A DNA stretch of 63,579 nt, counting the filler, from Octopus bimaculoides (Eukaryota), in assembly GCF_001194135.2 (NCBI RefSeq). It is 12 parts of 11 records of this genome, joined end to end, with 100 filler letters (N's around TTAATTAATTAA, not from the genome) between each part and the next. Parts side by side here need not be neighbours in the genome. Positions count along the whole stretch, not along the records: positions 10,783 to 15,393 come from NC_069010.1; positions 15,494 to 21,161 come from NC_068998.1; positions 21,262 to 23,132 come from NW_026435647.1; 9 more parts are not named here. The stretch is one strand, 5' to 3'. Below are positions 11,576 to 22,970 of this stretch, piece after piece; the first letter of the stretch is position 1, and each line of letters begins with the position of its first letter. Under the pieces are notes generated by a model. It had not been told where the DNA came from. It did no database searches and saw only the letters and a program-made list of their open reading frames with translations. Position numbers and translations under genes: made by a program.

Positions 11576-12399
11576 CATTAACAGATGTATTTTCTCATCC
11601 TTCGCTGTTTCCTTGATTGATTCTAAGATGAAATCTTAACTGGATTAAAAAAAGACACTTTATTTTATGGGCAGAAGTGAGAGGGTTCCCACACACATTT
11701 GGACCTGAATTTTTGTTCTCCTGTCTCCCACATTCTTAACAAACTGTTTAGTGGGACCTCCTCACCCAACTCTCTAGATCCAGTAGCCAAATCGCCCTCA
11801 AAGTACGTCCTATCATCTTAAGTTATAGAGTACAGGGAGCCTATATGTGGTCACTTGGCCTGCTAGAAATAAAGCTAAATCTCCCTCAAAGCTGATCCTA
11901 TTTTACTGTCTCAAATAAAGAAGGATAGAGGGGAGCCTCTATGTGATGACTTGAGCTGCTAGAAATAGCAGCTAAGTCTTGCTTGAATCACACTCCACTT
12001 TATTAAAAAGAGGAAGTATATATCTTGGATCCCCACACCTGTTCACCTACTGAAGAAGGTAGGATGGTCATCGTTGGAATGCCAGTGGTAACTAGTGACC
12101 ATAACTAAACCTCGAGTCTTTTTATTGTTGCTGTGAATGTAATGGTAAGAGGTGGGGGTGAGAATTCCAGGTCTTGGCTGACCCCTTTTTTGGTGGGAGG
12201 GAGCACCATAACAGCTAGAATAATTCTGGTTGAACCTTTTTGTGTTCGTTTTTTTTTCTTTTTTTTTAAGCAACTACTCTACCTGAATGCGTCTCTGTTT
12301 ATTTTGAAAATAGTCAAAAATTTGGAAAAAATTTTTGTGAAATTTTGTCAAATTATATTCCAAACCATAATTTGACAAAAGACAAATAATGTATATTGG

Positions 12400-12958
12400 T
12401 TTATTAAGTTCCATATTGTCATCAGCTTCATCACATATCCAAGAATTAATTTTCCTCTTCGCTAAACGCCTCCTTTAATGGTGATGCTGTTGATGACTAT
12501 AGACCAGTTCTTGCGTAGAAGAGTAAACGGCATCGACTGGCATGGCAATGTTGGTAGAGGACAAGATTGATTTTTCTCGAGCCCTTCTCTCCTGTCGTTT
12601 GATTTCTTCCCTTTCCCTTCTGGTAGCTTCCAAGATTTTGGTTCCGATGGTGATGGAACACTGCCACTTGGTACAGTCTCGGGCTTGTGTATCGAACAAT
12701 TTAGGCTCAATTCCAGTGGCTTTTAGTGTTGCTTTGAGTTGGCCCTTGTATCTTCCAAGAGAAAAATCCTGTGGTCTTTTTCCTGAAGTGAGCTCACTTA
12801 ATAAGACTCGGCACGAGAAACTTGATGCTTCTGTTCTCGCTACATGTCCTCACCATTGAACATGGTGTTTCATGATCAGCAATTCGATACTTTGGCCATT
12901 GGCTCTTTCCAGGACTTTGTCGCGGGTCACAATGTCCCCCCATTTGATGCACAAGATT
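12400..12958 (-). mobile_element. RTE-clade LINE 3' end (pseudogenised ORF2 C-terminus)
   Basis: Reads ILCIKWGDIVTRDKVLERANGQSIELLIMKHHVQW*GHVART...SELTSGKRPQ...GRYKGQLKATLKATGI...DCTKW..., matching the RTE motif I.W.D.V....VL.RA...SI.....R..W.GHV.R; one in-frame stop. Confidence 0.85.
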
Positions 12959-12968
12959 GAAAAAAAGC

Positions 12969-13160
12969 TAAGGCGGCGAGCTGGCAGAAATGTTAGCATG
13001 CTGGGCGAAATGCTTAGCGATAGTTTGTCTGTCTTTACATTCTGAGTTCAAATTCCACCAAGGTTGACTCTGCCGTTCACCCCTTTGGGGGTCAATAGAT
13101 TAAGTATCAATTGTGTACTGCTGGTCGATCTAAAAAACTTCGGCCTTGTGCCTAGACTAT
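12969..13160 (+). mobile_element. tRNA-derived SINE family B (CpG-decayed copy)
   Basis: aaggcggcgagctggcagaaatgttagcatgctgggcgaaatgcttagc...ttctgagttcaaattcc; homologous to copies at 41046 and 59802. Confidence 0.85.
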
Positions 13161-13165
13161 ATAGG

Positions 13166-13272
13166 CTTTGGTCGGCCTGAGGCTATAGCGGAAGACAGTT
13201 GCCCAAGGTGCCACGCAGTGGGACTGAACCCGGAACCATGTGGTTGGGAAACAAACTTCTTACCACACACAT
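13166..13272 (-). mobile_element. SINE family A head
   Basis: Reverse complement of gtggtaagaagtttgtttcccaaccacatggttccgggttcagtcccactgcgtggcaccttgggc. Confidence 0.85.
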
Positions 13273-14699
13273 ATATAATACAAAAACCACATTAAAATAA
13301 AAATCAAAAAAACTTCGGGCCTTGTACCCAGACTAGAAAAGAAAAGATTGAACAAAGCTTTTGTTGATGAAAGCTTTTTGAATTTTTGGATGTCACAACA
13401 ATATGGAGTCCTGGTTTCACAGCTGTAATCCATACGGCTTTTCTGTATTAATATCAGAAAATATAATTTCTGGGGTCCCTTGCTCTGTCTTCCTTTCTTC
13501 TTCCTCCATCCTGCCCCATTATTCTTGTAAAGATGTTTATTTGTTCCCCACTGTTTACAGATTTCTCTGGTTAAAAACAACTGTTAAACCTGTGAAGATA
13601 CAGGCTTGAAATGAAAATGTCCTGGGGCCCCAATTCATTTGTCTAAAAAAGATACATCAACCAGTGTTGGTGTATTTACGTCCCCATAACATAGCAGTTC
13701 AGCAAAAGAGAAACGATAGAATAAAGTACCAGGCTATAAAAAAATAAGTCCTGGGATTGACTTGTTCGACTAAAAAAATTCTCCATGGTGGTGCCCCAGC
13801 ATGGCCACAGTCTAATAACTGAAACAGGTAAAAGACATCCACAGTGATGAGATTTTTAGGGGGCTTCCATATATGGGCACAGGTGTGGTTTTGTCTATGT
13901 TCCAGGTTCAATCCTGCTGCATGGCACTTTTGTCTCTACTGTAGAGGTATTGGCGTGCCATACAAATATACCTTGTGGTGTCTCAGTTTGAATTACCGTA
14001 TATAAGGGACCCCTTTTTGTTAAAAATTAGGTTTAAAAAATTAGGGAGTTTCTTGTACATGGATAGTATTATAGTCTCTTACAAAACCGTTTTTCCAAAT
14101 TTTAAGCCCCCAAAATCAGGTAGTTCCTTATACATGTTAAAATTTGGTAAATTCCTTTGGCTGGACCCATTTTATAAAATAGAAGGCGGTATTAAATAGC
14201 TGTGAGTCAAAGTGGTGGGGTTGTGATATGACTGACCAAAACTCCCTTTTGAGAAGATTCACATCCACATTGAAATTACCCATCACTGTGAGGTACCCCA
14301 TAGTACCTCATAAGTGTTATCTGCTGTACCTCACAATATCATTCCCTTTTTTTTTTTTGGTTCAAATACTGAATCTAATGAAGGGATAATTGAAAATTTA
14401 GTAAAGTCAGGGTTGAAAGTCAATAAAACGAAACGTGTTTCAATTTAGGGTCTTTTGTGTTTGTCAAGGATTACAGATGCTGTAGGTCTGTGAAGGGCTG
14501 TAAGATGGAGTGTCTAGGGAAGGTCATAGATGGAGTGTCAGTGGTGGGTTACAGATAGTGTGCGTGGGTGTTTTAAATTCATTTCCTAGTTTCACACCAT
14601 CCCCTCCTGGTCCTTGGATGCCTCTAGCAGGGTCCACAGGCCAAGTCTCCTTCCACCTGCCTCAGACACCCTACAAAATATCAGGATCTGATCAATGGA

Positions 14700-14870
14700 G
14701 CAGCATGCTTGTGACATTAACAAGCAAGTGGCTGAGTGGCCCACAGACGTGCGTACCCTTAATGTAGTTGTCTGGCAGATTCAGTATGACACGGTATGCA
14801 ACAAAGCTGGCCCCTTTATATTTCCGGTACATTTTTGTGCCAGTTGAGTGAACTGGAGCAACGTGGACTA
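14700..14870 (-). mobile_element. SINE family D fragment
   Basis: Homologous to the central part of 25111-25498 (gagtggcccacagacgtgcgtacccttaatgtagtt). Confidence 0.7.
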
Positions 14871-15327
14871 AATAAATAAATCAAACGAGCCCTATAAAAA
14901 AATTAAAAAATAACACTGACCGCCTCACCATCGCACTCTTCGCTCCACCACCCCTCCTGGGTCAGATTTACTCTCCATAAATACTACCAGTACCACCATA
15001 TATATTTTTTTTTTTGCCAAACCTTCACCTTCTGGAAAAATTCACATCCACAATGAAATTACCCATCACTGCGAGGTACCCTGCAGTACCTCATCATATC
15101 ATCTTTCTTCTATAAATTTATTGAATTCTCTCTCTCTCTCTCTCTCTTAGAGGTAGCTGTACTATGTATATTCTACTTACTCATCACTATGTAATATGTA
15201 TGTGTGTGTGTGTGTGTGTATATATATCGTGTAAGGTTTGTAATGCATGTTTATATAATGATATGCAGTTGTTTGTGTGTATGTGTGTGGTTATATATGT
15301 ATGTGCATATATATATATATATATATA

Positions 15328-15393
<66 letters not shown>

Positions 15394-15493
15394 NNNNNNN
15401 NNNNNNNNNNNNNNNNNNNNNNNNNNNNNNNNNNNNNTTAATTAATTAANNNNNNNNNNNNNNNNNNNNNNNNNNNNNNNNNNNNNNNNNNNN

Positions 15494-15529
<36 letters not shown>

Positions 15530-15562
15530 ATTGTGTGTATACACACACACATACATGCATAT

Positions 15563-15996
15563 AGGTGCATGCATGGCTCTACAGTAGGAAGTTTGCTTCC
15601 CAACCACATGGTGCTGGGCTCAGCCCCAGTGCATTGCACGTGTTTTGTACCATACCCCGAGGCTGCCCAACACATTGTGTATGGATATGGTAGACAGAGG
15701 CTGAAAGAAGCCTGTTGCATGTATATGTGTACATGTGTATTTGTGTGCATGCATGTGTACACGTGTCTTTGTGTCGGTGTTTGTCTCCCATCACTTCTAG
15801 ACAACCAGCGTTGGTGTGTTTACAACCCTACAATTTAATATTTCAGCAGAAGAGACCAAGAGTATAAATACAAGACTTGAAAAACAGACGAATAAGTACT
15901 GAGTGGGGTGGGCTGGGGATGACTCATCTGATTGTAATTCCTTACGGCATTGCCTCAGCATGGCCACAATCTAATCACTGAACCAAATAAAAGATA
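15563..15996 (+). mobile_element. SINE family A (diverged)
   Basis: Head gtttgcttcccaaccacatgg, internal GT-rich repeat, tail catggccacaatctaatcactgaacc. Confidence 0.75.
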
Positions 15997-17736
15997 TGTT
16001 CACGAGAAGAAAGCAGTAGAAAGGAATGAATAGGCAAATATTTGATTTATTTGATACAGAATTCAATCATACAACATTTGTGTAGAATTAATGGTGAGAT
16101 TGCAGCATCTAATTCAGTTTTAGATATTTTCAGAACTAATAATCTACTTATTTTGGAAAATATATATCAAGAATGCATCCTGAAAGCAGAAATCTACCAA
16201 AGTGCTCAGTGATGTACTTTGAGAGTGTTATAAATTTCATATATATTAGTAAAATATATACAAGGGGCTGGTGAAAAGTTCCTGTATTTTTTAGGGTACT
16301 ATGAAAGGCCTGGCTGGAGGTCCAGCATTCCAAGTTCTTTTACAGCGCTTAGGAAAACTGGTCTTCTTCTCAGTTTACTATTTAAATGGCAGTCATTGTC
16401 TCATAAAATACCTTGGGTTTCTTGCTAGTAGAGTTAAGTCTGCTTGAATTCTTTAGTTGTATGGCAAACTAACTAGTTGCCAAATTATATAAAATTTCAT
16501 TTCATACATGTATTTAGAAAAATATATCAAAATGTTCTGAAATATTTAGAAATGTAATAATTCCATGCTATGTTTTTGTGGTGATAGATTTTGTATTTAT
16601 CTGAGCTAATAGGAAGAAGCCAGCATGACAGCAAGCTTTTGGAGTGATACAACATGAAAGCTAAGCTAAATAATTATGTGAGATTATGTAATATTATTTC
16701 ATATGTGTATTTAGAAAGTATGGCAAGATTTAGATCTGAAATTCATAGAAATTTAGTTATTCCACAAAATGATCCGCATGGTGTTTTGGTAATGACAGAC
16801 TTTGTTGGTTTTCAGCCTGAGTAGAATTAGTTAGTAAACCGATTTGTCTATTCTGCCTCCAGTTTTTAACAACAAATAAACTGAAACACTGTTTTTGACA
16901 TAACACATCCTTTCATGCTGCATGTTTTAAAATTGACCCACCCAGTTCCCTTCACTTTGATCTCTTTCATACTTTATGAATGACTGTCTCCATTTCTGTT
17001 TGTCTATCTGATTGACTACCTGCCTCTCTTTTTCCCTCTTTCTCTCTCTCTCAGCAGCTTTAGCCAAAGATATATCTATGAAGATAATCGACCATGTACA
17101 GCACTGGCAGCTTACAAGGGTCATGTATTATCCCCTACATCTCCAGAGTGATTGCATTGAACAAATGTACTATGTCTAAAAGTATGTGAATAATAATTCT
17201 CATCGCTAATTTTAATTTACCCCTCTCTCCCCCTCTTCTCCTCTCCCCCTCAACCTTCTTTCACTCCTTTTCCCTCTCTATCAGTTTCAACTTAGAGAAA
17301 GAGAGAGAACTTTAATTTTTATAGTATATTTATATGCACTCATAATAAAGGATGGCTCATGAACATACTATAACAACACATTATCTCACAAAACTAAAAG
17401 CAGGGGATCGGATGAGATATGTTACACTGCTAATTACTGGTTCTATTGTTTTTATTATTAATTAGTAGGTTTAACATCGTCAGATTTATTACTATCATAT
17501 TTTATTAGTATCTGATATTGCCTGCAAGCTTTTATCACCAACATGCATACATCACATATGCTTCACACCCGCTTTTCTACCCATCTCACTCATATCTCAT
17601 TCTTCACATCTCTCTCTCTCTATCTCTCCCTCCCTCTTTCTCTCACAGGTCCCATTCTTCCTCTCTCTTTATATGTCCCTTTCTCAAACAAGATGAGGAG
17701 AAATATCCGTCAAATGTAAATAATGTAAATAATATA

Positions 17737-17871
17737 CTTGCTTACCAACCACATGGTTCCAGGTTCAGTCCCACTGCGTGGCACCTTGGGCAAGTGTCTT
17801 CTACTATAGCCTCAGGCCAACCAAAGCCTTATGAGTGGCTTTGGTAGACGGAAACTGAAAGAAGCCCGTCG

Positions 17872-17906
<35 letters not shown>

Positions 17907-18090
17907 TTCTGTGTCTGTGTTTGTCCCCCCACCATCGCTTGACAACCGATGCTGGGGTGTTTACGTCCCCGGTTCGGCAACAAGAGACCGATAGAATAAG
18001 TACTAGGCTTACAAAGAATAAGTCCTGGGGTCGATTTTCTCGACTAAAGGCGGTGCTGGCTGCAGTCAAATGACTGAAACAAGTAAAAGA
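17737..18090 (+). mobile_element. SINE family A (near-complete)
   Basis: cttgcttaccaaccacatggttccaggttcagtcccactgcgtggcacc...gaagcccgtcg(TA)n...gaccgatagaataagtactaggc...gactgaaacaagtaaaagag. Confidence 0.9.
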
Positions 18091-19344
18091 GTATACATAT
18101 ATATAATAATATAAATATATAGATATATGCATATATCTATACATATATGTACATACCTACATCTATAAGTATACATACATGCATATATGTGTACAGGACA
18201 TCAAAAAAACGTTAAACACAATGAGAAACGAAAACATAAAAATGAAAACAGAAAACGAACTTTTTTGGAACAACGAAAAAAACAAACAGAGAATATATCC
18301 AAAATTAAGGAATGGATTAGATAAAATCCAGACTACGTATTCTTCATAGCTAGCAGAACCTCGGAAGTAGTAATTTCCCAAACAAGGGATAAACTGCTAG
18401 CTACTCATTGAGCAAAGACATCTTAGTCAAATGAAGGTTACATGTTCATCAAGAGATTACATGTTAACTTGCTGGAGATTTGATAGAAAATGTATGGAAA
18501 GCACAGAGTGACAGAACAAAAGGGAAAACATGTTTGTGAAGAAAAAAACATGTTTGTGAAGAATTTGTTAAGAAAAAGTATCAGGATATGAATAAAGAAA
18601 AAGAGAGAGGGAAGAGTTGGGGGGAAAAATTTGGTAGGGGAATATCTTTGTGAATTTGGCTAGGGGAATGACAGAGTTAAAGAAAAAGAAGATATAAGTT
18701 AGGATTTGATAGGAGGAAGGTGGGGAGAAGGAGAGGGGGTGGAAGATAATGGTTTTGGTCTGTAGAGGAATATAGTAGTTCTAGGTAAGTTACTGGTTTA
18801 TTGCTTAATTTTAGAACTACACATGCATGTATTAGCACATGCGCATGTATTTTTTCATGCGCCTGTAGCATCTAGGAGGTATACTGCATGTGTGGGCGCT
18901 TGTATATTCTCATGTGCAGAAGGAAGGTGTAAGGAGATCAAAGTGTTAGAGAAAATATTGAATATAAAAGGATAAAGAAATAAAATAAAATATGAAAATT
19001 ATAAAGGTAGTTAAAAATCTTGGATTTTTATTCACATACACAGCAACCCTAGCTGCTAACTGTGAACTATAAAATAATAACTTTTTTTGAGCTTATTGAA
19101 GTTCAATATGGGAAAAATTCACAACCTCCTACGTCAATAAACCACTGTTTTTCCTAAAAGTTGTTTTTTATATCTTCTATGGACTGCTTGAAGCTTACTA
19201 ACTTCCTACAACTTGATCCTTTGATCTTACTTTTATATATTAATATATATACATATATATAAAATTATAATTTAGGGTATCTAAGAGATACCACCATGCT
19301 TGAAATAGCTGTCAAAACTTTGACTCTAACACCACATTAATCTC

Positions 19345-19553
19345 AGTCATGGCAGATACTGGTGTCATGCAAATGGCACCTATGCCAGTGGCACGTAAAA
19401 GCACCCATTACACTCTCAGGGCAGTTGGCATTGGGAAGGGTGTCCAGCTGTAGAAAACCATGCCAAATCAGACTGGAGCCTGGCGCAGCCTTCCAGCATA
19501 CCAGCCCAGTCAAACCCGTCCAATCCATGTCATGTTAAATGATGATGATGATG
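19345..19553 (+). mobile_element. SINE family C
   Basis: gcacgtaaaagcacccattacactc...tgtagaaaaccatgccaaatcagactggagcctgg...gttaaatgatgatgatg. Confidence 0.8.
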
Positions 19554-19579
19554 TATGTATATATATGTGTGTGTGTGTG

Positions 19580-19629
<50 letters not shown>

Positions 19630-20265
19630 ATTATAATTAAGGGCATAGAAAAAAATTCTTGCCTACATGCTGAAAGGAGACGCTAAATTGTCGAACCACA
19701 TTAAATATCATTGCTATTATTATTACACACATGTCAAAAACCGAGGGACCAAGCTAATGGAAATTCATAAAATTGAGTTATCTCTGGGTCGGACCAATAT
19801 CTGGATTAAACCAAAGGATTTTCCTTCCAAAAAAGTTACAAAGTCATGTGACTGTTTGGAGGATTGGTGCACAAATATAAAAAGCAGGCAGTAAGCAGTG
19901 GTCAGTCAGTGTGAAACCAGGTGATGGGGAACTACATTCCACAAGACATCTAGCTGTGCATGACTTCTCTGGGCAAGTTAACTTGCTGGGCTGACCTGCA
20001 GTTTCCCTGCTGTTAACTTTGATGTAGGAGCCAAGTTGGTGTCAAGAGGCCATGTTCTGCAACACTATAATTTCTATTTGGAATCAATAGGATTTTTTTT
20101 TCTTTGAGTAAAGGGCAGATTGTATGATGCTTGTGAACAAATTGTAATTCTGCATGGTAGGAAAAACATGGGTGTTGAATAGAAGGATATATACAAAGGC
20201 AAGAAAGAAATGTAGAAAGTATATTCCACCAGATGTGAAATGTTCATATGCATAAAAAGAAATGA

Positions 20266-20307
<42 letters not shown>

Positions 20308-20399
20308 ATAGCTGGAAGGGAAAATCCAAGTATTGGAGGAATCAGATGAAACATGCAATAGAGAAAATTTCATTAATTAGAGACATGTGATGCCTACAG

Positions 20400-20575
20400 G
20401 GAATAACAGTTGTGTAAATAAGTGTCGAATGATACAAGGAGATGGAACCTGTGGAAGAGAAAGACCAAGAACGATGTAGAAAGAAGTTGGTGAATGCTAA
20501 ACTCTGGGAAATGAACTTTGCAAAGGAGATGAGAAAGGATTGGAACAAATAGCAAGATGCTGTGCTAGAGAAAGG
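20400..20575 (+). mobile_element. Highly degraded RTE LINE 3' end
   Basis: Reads CRMIQGDGTCGRERPRT...MRKDWNK*QDAVLEK, the same motif as the RTE tail at 45760. Confidence 0.6.
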
Positions 20576-20611
20576 TTAATCAATCTATGTAAGCATGGGG
20601 GGGGGGGGAAC

Positions 20612-20642
<31 letters not shown>

Positions 20643-20811
20643 CAGTGGTGGTGGTAATAACAGGGGCAGCTGCAGCAACAAGGATGATGATAAAGACAGC
20701 AATGGCAATGACAGCATTGGCGATGACAGCAACAATACATATATATATATGTATATATATATATATGTATGTATGTATATGTGTGTGTGTATATACATAA
20801 ACTCTTTTACT

Positions 20812-21020
20812 CTTTTTACTCTTTTACTTGTTTCAGTCATTTGACTGCGGCCATGCTGGAGCACCGCCTTTAGTCGAATCAAATCGACCCCAGGACTTAT
20901 TCTTTGTAAGCCTAGTACTTGTTCTATCGGTCTCTTTTGCAGAACTGCTAAGTTACGGGGACCTAAACGCACCAGCATCGGTTGTCAAGCGATGTTGGGG
21001 GGACAAACACAGACACACAA
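20812..21020 (-). mobile_element. SINE family A tail
   Basis: Reverse complement of the family A 3' half (cagtcatttgactgcggccatgctggagcaccgcc). Confidence 0.85.
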
Positions 21021-21322
21021 ACATATACACACACATACATCAAAGGCAGGTTAACTAGCAAGTTAGTTTTTGTTTGTGGCAGATGTTCAGGTGCAATAAA
21101 GACTGCAAACAAACAGGAAACAACTTCTATCTCATTCCAGGGTGAAAAACTAGAGGTAGTCNNNNNNNNNNNNNNNNNNNNNNNNNNNNNNNNNNNNNNN
21201 NNNNNTTAATTAATTAANNNNNNNNNNNNNNNNNNNNNNNNNNNNNNNNNNNNNNNNNNNNTACATACATACATGCATACATACATGCACACATACGCAC
21301 ACACACATACACATATGTATTT

Positions 21323-22970
21323 ATGCCATTTTCGCCGTTTAGAGGATACCCACATGCCATAAGAAGTACTGTGTGTAGAGCTATNNNNNNNNNNCGTTTA
21401 GAGGATACCCACATGCCATAAGAAGTACTGTGTGTAGAGCTATACCAAGGAAAACCTGCACAGGTATTTTAAAGACAACTTTTAAAGACACACTTAAAAA
21501 GATNNNNNNNNNNNNNNNNNNNNNNNNNNNNNNNNNNNNNNNNNNNNNNNNNNNNNNNNNNNNNNNNNNNNNNNNNNNNNNNNNNNNNNNNNNNNNNNNN
21601 NNNNNNNNNNNNNNNNNNNNNNNNNNNNNNNNNNNNNNNNNNNNNNNNNNNNNNNNNNNNNNNNNNNNNNNNNNNNNNNNNNNNNNNNNNNNNNNNNNNN
21701 NNNNNNNNNNNNNNNNNNNNNNNNNNNNNNNNNNNNNNNNNNNNNNNNNNNNNNNNNNNNNNNNNNNNNNNNNNNNNNNNNNNNNNNNNNNNNNNNNNNN
21801 NNNNNNCTATCAATTTGATATCCTGTATCATCTTTCATTCTTAGAATAAAATGAGTCCAAAGAGTGGCCTTGCTCTCCTCCTGCTACCGCTATTGTTATG
21901 TCTCCGCCTCCAGCTTCTGCACAGATTAATACGCTCACTCCTTCCCAAAACATAAGNNNNNNNNNNNNNNNNNNNNNNNNNNNNNNNNNNNNNNNNNNNN
22001 NNNNNNNNNNNNNNNNNNNNNNNNNNNNNNNNNNNNNNNNNNNNNNNNNNNNNNNNNNNNNNNNNNCAGCGAAGGCCACAGGCCCATAGGCACTGTCTCT
22101 TTCTTCCAAACACATGTACCCTTGATGCAATTCTCAGGCCCAAATAGCGTCACACAATATTACAAATTNNNNNNNNNNNNNNNNNNNNNNNNNNNNNNNN
22201 NNNNNNNNNNNNNNNNNNNNNNNNNNNNNNNNNNNNNNNNNNNNNNNNNNNNNNNNNNNNNNNNNNNNNNNNNNNNNNNNNNNNNNNNNNNNNNNNNNNN
22301 NNNNNNNNNNNNNNNNNNNNNNNNNNNNNNNNNNNNNNNNNNNNNNNNNNNNNNNNNNNNNNNNNNNNNTCTAAATTAATTACTCCATAATCAACAAGAC
22401 GATTATGACGTAACAACGAGCGCTTATTGAATATCTTTTCACTTTTCACTTCTCTTAGCTATCCAATTGACGTNNNNNNNNNNNNNNNNNNNNNNNNNNN
22501 NNNNNNNNNNNNNNNNNNNNNNNNNNNNNNNNNNNNNNNNNNNNNNNNNNNNNNNNNNNNNNNNNNNNNNNNNNNNNNNNNNNNNNNNNNNNNNNNNNNN
22601 NNNNNNNNNNNNNNNTTCAGCCGCTGTATTTGCATACCTGACGGCGAAATTGTCTTTACAGATTTCCATAAGATTTTATTTCCTGATATGCCAGAATATG
22701 ACCCCAAAACAATTTTTGCTCCCCAAAAACTTAAATTCCATGATTGCCCCGAAGAGAAACCAATTTTCACCATAGATCACCATAACGTCAAACGCCATTT
22801 CATTGTCGAAGACATAAGTTGGTTAACATTGCAAACTTTTCCTGATCCAGATATTACTGAAATAGAACTGCCTAAAGTTATCTCAAACGAATGGAAACCA
22901 GAAAAAGCCAAAGTATTTTGCCCCAGCCGCANNNNNNNNNNGGCCCACTTAAACGGTAAGGATTGAAGTT
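21323..22970 (+). other. Fragmentary coding-like block of unknown origin (possible endogenous viral or orphan element)
   Basis: Open plus-strand frames between N-runs: MPFSPFRGYPHAIRSTVCRAIPRKTCTGILKTTFKDTLKK (21323-21503, across a duplicated 10-N join); YQFDILYHLSFLE-stop; MSPPPASAQINTLTPSQNI; SEGHRPIGTVSFFQTHVPLMQFSGPNSVTQYYK; and 105 open codons FSRCICIPDGE...KAKVFCPSR (22616-22931). No microsatellites, no family I recognise. Confidence 0.45.

Noticed and set aside
21336-21443. 49-bp direct repeat separated by 10 N
   Set aside because: Identical sequence on both sides of a 10-N gap indicates unmerged overlapping contig ends.
21852-21955. MSPKSGLALLLLPLLL... signal-peptide-like 34-aa ORF as a stand-alone gene
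   Set aside because: Too short, and it overlaps another open frame; kept only as part of the orphan block finding.
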